Shown here: positions 60,887 through 64,000 of the stretch, in pieces
Layout: every line of letters starts with the position of its first letter
How positions within the stretch are numbered: the stretch's first letter is position 1
Origin: an uncultured Gemella sp.
Lineage (GTDB): Bacteria; Bacillota; Bacilli; Staphylococcales; Gemellaceae
Assembly: GCF_963525165.1 (NCBI RefSeq)
Contig: NZ_CAURJN010000005.1
Coordinates: 1-64,000, forward strand
Direction of reading: 5' to 3'
Length of the DNA stretch: 64,000 nt
Notes under the pieces: model-generated
The model's input: only the letters and a program-made list of their open reading frames with translations
Databases searched by the model: none
What the model was told of the DNA's origin: nothing
Program-made: the position numbers and the translations under genes

Positions 60887-62224
60887 CTACCTTGTATTTA
60901 TTGCTTGAACGACTACATTTGTTGTCTGTTCTTTACCATTTCTATAATAAGTTACTTTTACAGTATCTCCAATTTTTGATTTCTCAAATAAGTATTTTCT
61001 AACTGCAGCAACGTCTTTTACTTCTTCACCATTTAATTTTGTAATGATATCATATTTCTCTAAACCTGCTTGAGCTGCTGGTGTACCATTCTCAACATAA
61101 CGAATTACTACACCTTGTTTACCTCCATAATTCAATTGAGATTTGACTGTATCACTATCAACAGTGTTCACAGATACTAGTTGCACACCTAGTGCAGGTC
61201 TAATCACTCTACCCGACTGTTCTAATTGCTCAGTAATAAGTTTCACTTCATTTGAAGGAATACCAAATCCAATACCCTCAGCACTTACATTAGACGTTGC
61301 TTTCGCAATTTTAGACTCATTAATACCAATAAGTTTACCTTCACTATTAATTAATGCCCCACCACTATTACCTGGGTTAATGGCCGCATCTGTTTGAATT
61401 ACAGTTTGGTTCCAGTCGTTTTTACCATCTCCATCAACATCCATTGGAATTTGTCTATTTACAGCCGATATAATTCCTTTTGTAACAGTATTAGATAAGT
61501 TAACATCTAAAGGCGATCCGATAGCAAATGCTGTTTCACCAACTGCGATTTTATCACTATCAGCAAAATCCATCGTTGTAGTTACATTATCTCCACTAAT
61601 TTTTAATACCGCAAGGTCTGTCCAAACATCAGTCCCGACAACTTCCGCATTTACATTAGTCCCATCACTTAGAATTACAGATAACTTCTTAGCACCATTA
61701 ACAACGTGGTTATTAGTTACAACATATGCTGTATTTCCTACTTTTTTATAGATAACTCCACTACCGCTTGAAGCAGCTTTTAAATCACCAGAATCATTAC
61801 CAGATTTGCTAGAACCTCCTAAGATTGACTCTAGGCTGTTATTTGAATTGCTTTGATAATTCACGATTGACACTACTGCATCTTTTGCTTTTGAGATTGC
61901 ATTAACTGTAATTTGTTCATTATCTTTATCTTCTTTTGTAGCTGTTACCGAAGAATTCAGAGCCTTACCAGTTCCCATTACCGCTTGCGCACCAAAAACA
62001 CTGGTAGCCCCAAGAGCAAACGCTGCAAAGACTGTTAAGAATAGTTTCCCATAGTCACTTTTTTGTTGAACAGGTATCTGAACATTATCTATTTCTTGAG
62101 AATTTTCGTAATTGTTGTATTGAGAATTTTCTACACTATCATAATTTTGATAATTATTATGTTCATTATAATTTCCTTGATTATTAAATTCTTCATTATT
62201 TTGGTTGTTATTTCTATTTTCCAT
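60887..62224 (-). CDS. htrA: HtrA serine protease
   Basis: TM anchor, TNNHV, TDLAVL, TDAAINPGNSGG, PDZ domain; start at MENR after AGGAGG. Confidence 0.94.
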   Translation of the reverse strand: MENRNNNQNNEEFNNQGNYNEHNNYQNYDSVENSQYNNYENSQEIDNVQIPVQQKSDYGKLFLTVFAAFALGATSVFGAQAVMGTGKALNSSVTATKEDKDNEQITVNAISKAKDAVVSIVNYQSNSNNSLESILGGSSKSGNDSGDLKAASSGSGVIYKKVGNTAYVVTNNHVVNGAKKLSVILSDGTNVNAEVVGTDVWTDLAVLKISGDNVTTTMDFADSDKIAVGETAFAIGSPLDVNLSNTVTKGIISAVNRQIPMDVDGDGKNDWNQTVIQTDAAINPGNSGGALINSEGKLIGINESKIAKATSNVSAEGIGFGIPSNEVKLITEQLEQSGRVIRPALGVQLVSVNTVDSDTVKSQLNYGGKQGVVIRYVENGTPAAQAGLEKYDIITKLNGEEVKDVAAVRKYLFEKSKIGDTVKVTYYRNGKEQTTNVVVQAINTR

Positions 62225-62361
62225 AAGAATCCTCCTTTTAAACCTCATTTTTATTATTTTAAGGTTAAGATTATTTTACTTATATTTTTATAATATCAGT
62301 AGCAACTTAAACGAAGTTTAAAGAAAAGTTTAAATGTACTTAAATATTTCTTTTATATACA

Positions 62362-62779
62362 TTACTTCTCTTTCTTATGATTTAAAGTCATATATTGTAA
62401 AAATCTAAATGTATTAAATAATCCACAAAATATTATTAGGTAGTAATATATAAACACTTTATCCGTATTATAATTGATAATGAAATATATTGAAAAAATT
62501 ACAAATACTATATTCAAATATAAAACTAAATAAAAATCTTCTAGCTCTTATAAATAATATTAACTGAATAACTAAAATCACAATAAAACAAGCTATTATT
62601 ACTTTTATATTTGTATCAGTAAAGTATTTCGGGAATTTATAAACATTCCTGAATAATATATGTCTTATCATACCCATCTTTCTTTCTGAAAAATAATACC
62701 ACCCCGAAATCATTATCAATAATAAAATTTCTAATAGCATAAATAGGAAATATAATTTTCTATATTTTATCTTACTCAT
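62362..62779 (-). pseudogene. Small integral membrane protein with an apparent frameshift near 62520
   Basis: Hydrophobic reading continues in another frame: LNIVFVIFSIYFIINYNTDKVFIYYYLIIFCGLFNTFRFLQYMTLNHKKEK*. Confidence 0.55.
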
Positions 62780-62885
62780 TTTTTATCTCCCTATACTAAA
62801 TTTTGTTCATGACTCTATATATAAATTATATGAAAAAAATACGTAGGATGCAACATTTCTAACCCAACGAAACATAAATGAAAAA

Positions 62886-62935
62886 TTCAAACGTAATTCA
62901 TGCTTGGATTCAAACATGACCGAATTACGTTTGAA
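62886..62935. terminator. Inverted repeat / possible terminator
   Basis: TTCAAACGTAATTC / GAATTACGTTTGAA 14-bp stem. Confidence 0.5.
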
Positions 62936-62943
62936 GTTTATCT

Positions 62944-63477
62944 TTATACTAACACTATATATTTTTTACAGATATCCGCAAAGAACGCCTGCACATCACC
63001 TACTTTAAGCATATCCTCTTGTTCTTGATCCACAATATAGTTCTCACTAGCTTCCATAACCGCAAGAAGTCGTTTGAAAGTATCAGCAAATAGTGCTTCA
63101 TCTTCATTTAGTAAATAGTTGAAGTTTTGTTCAGCAAAAAATGGAACGAAAACCTCTCTAAATGCACCTTGACGTATTCTACCAATAAGTTTTTCACCAC
63201 TTGCTGTAACGAATAACTCTCCTTGTTTTTCTACAAATTCCTTCGCTTTTATGTGACTAGAAAAAATCTGGAACCCTTCCGCTTCTTTGTACTCTCTAAA
63301 AACTGGAATTTTAAGACCTTGTTCTTCGTAAAGTGTTTTATCGATTATCACGAAAACCTCTTCTAAATCCCAAAATTCTTTCGCTATATAATAAAATGCT
63401 ACACGCCATCTACTATCACTTTTCGGCAACCTTTTAAATGTAGCTACTTGTTCTACTAATTTAATATCTTTTTCCAA
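62944..63477 (-). CDS. Hypothetical protein, 177 aa
   Basis: GAGGA SD, TTG start, directly downstream of pgeF. Confidence 0.75.
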   Translation of the reverse strand: MEKDIKLVEQVATFKRLPKSDSRWRVAFYYIAKEFWDLEEVFVIIDKTLYEEQGLKIPVFREYKEAEGFQIFSSHIKAKEFVEKQGELFVTASGEKLIGRIRQGAFREVFVPFFAEQNFNYLLNEDEALFADTFKRLLAVMEASENYIVDQEQEDMLKVGDVQAFFADICKKYIVLV

Positions 63478-63503
63478 TACTGTTTCCTCTATTCTACGTG
63501 AAT

Positions 63504-64000
63504 TTAATCTAATTGAATTATTGTTCCAATACGTTTTGAAGTAGCATTGTCCAGCCTATATGAGAAAAATTTATCATTATCTCTTACCGTACAGAAATCA
63601 ATAATTTTAATGTTATCTTCTAGTATACCACATTTTTTCAATAATTCTTTATTCAATTTCCATAAATCTAAATAATATTTACCATCAACTTCTTTATAAT
63701 AATTTGGTACTTCTAAAACAGCGAATTTTTCGATAAGATCATAAGAAACTTCATAATTATCCACACTAACTGACGGTCCTATAATAGTCTTAATATCCAC
63801 TACCTTACAGCCGTACTTATTGCGCATGATGCTCACTATTTCCCCGGCAATATTCCCATATGTCCCACGCCAACCTGCATGAGCTAAGGCAATAACACCT
63901 TGCTTTTTATCATAGAAAACTACAGGCACACAATCAGCTGTAAAAATCAACAGAGGTGTCGCCTGTAAACTAGTAATTAAACCATCCGCTTCCTTTCCAT
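63504..64000 (-). CDS. pgeF: Peptidoglycan editing factor PgeF/YfiH family (5' end outside window)
   Basis: EADGLIT, TADCVPV, HAGWRG, IGPS, FFSYR; frame open to the window edge. Confidence 0.9.
   Translation of the reverse strand, partial: GKEADGLITSLQATPLLIFTADCVPVVFYDKKQGVIALAHAGWRGTYGNIAGEIVSIMRNKYGCKVVDIKTIIGPSVSVDNYEVSYDLIEKFAVLEVPNYYKEVDGKYYLDLWKLNKELLKKCGILEDNIKIIDFCTVRDNDKFFSYRLDNATSKRIGTIIQLD

Noticed and set aside
1591..62293. Many short antisense or overlapping ORFs in the track (e.g. 1591-1842, 2929-3222, 13037-13306, 14570-14878, 21835-22113, 24417-24908, 25676-26167, 40910-41287, 45524-45850, 53203-53598, 55873-56292, 62063-62293)
   Set aside because: Shadow frames of well-supported genes; biased composition, no SD or motifs.

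Overview
AT-rich Bacillota (Bacilli) chromosome segment. Gene content and order suggest a Gemella-like oral commensal; this is an inference, not verified. Core genes: nadE-pncB, yabO-divIC, a four-peptidase cluster, an AfuABC/FbpABC-type ABC importer, pgl, guaA, a BMP/Nup nucleoside ABC system with punA and hit, nrdD, a small alarmone synthetase, rarD, galU, htrA and pgeF. Three accessory regions stand out. (1) A ~12.5 kb integrative mobilizable element sits in the 3' end of guaA (att core ATTGAGTGGGAATA). It carries a tyrosine integrase, an excisionase, an HUH Rep_2 + SF3-helicase relaxase, a TcpA/FtsK coupling protein and a candidate origin hairpin. Its cargo includes an unannotated holin-like type I toxin-antitoxin locus with an overlapping leader ORF, repeated promoter/terminator-bounded mini-cassettes (one an ORF-less ~130-nt RNA), and two tandem near-identical secreted Pro/Thr-rich proteins. 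(2) Just beyond attR lie a duplicated left-arm sequence and a PLD-nuclease/P-loop ATPase fusion gene (candidate anti-phage protein) interrupted by one in-frame TGA. (3) A complete selenocysteine-dependent glycine reductase operon (grdX-trxB-trxA-grdE-grdA-grdB-grdC-grdD) lies behind a singlet glycine riboswitch and shares an identical 20-bp palindrome-containing upstream motif with the ABC importer. Five copies of a ~170-bp MITE-like repeat and four tandem sigmaA promoters at the left edge are also present. All coordinates and identities were read by eye.
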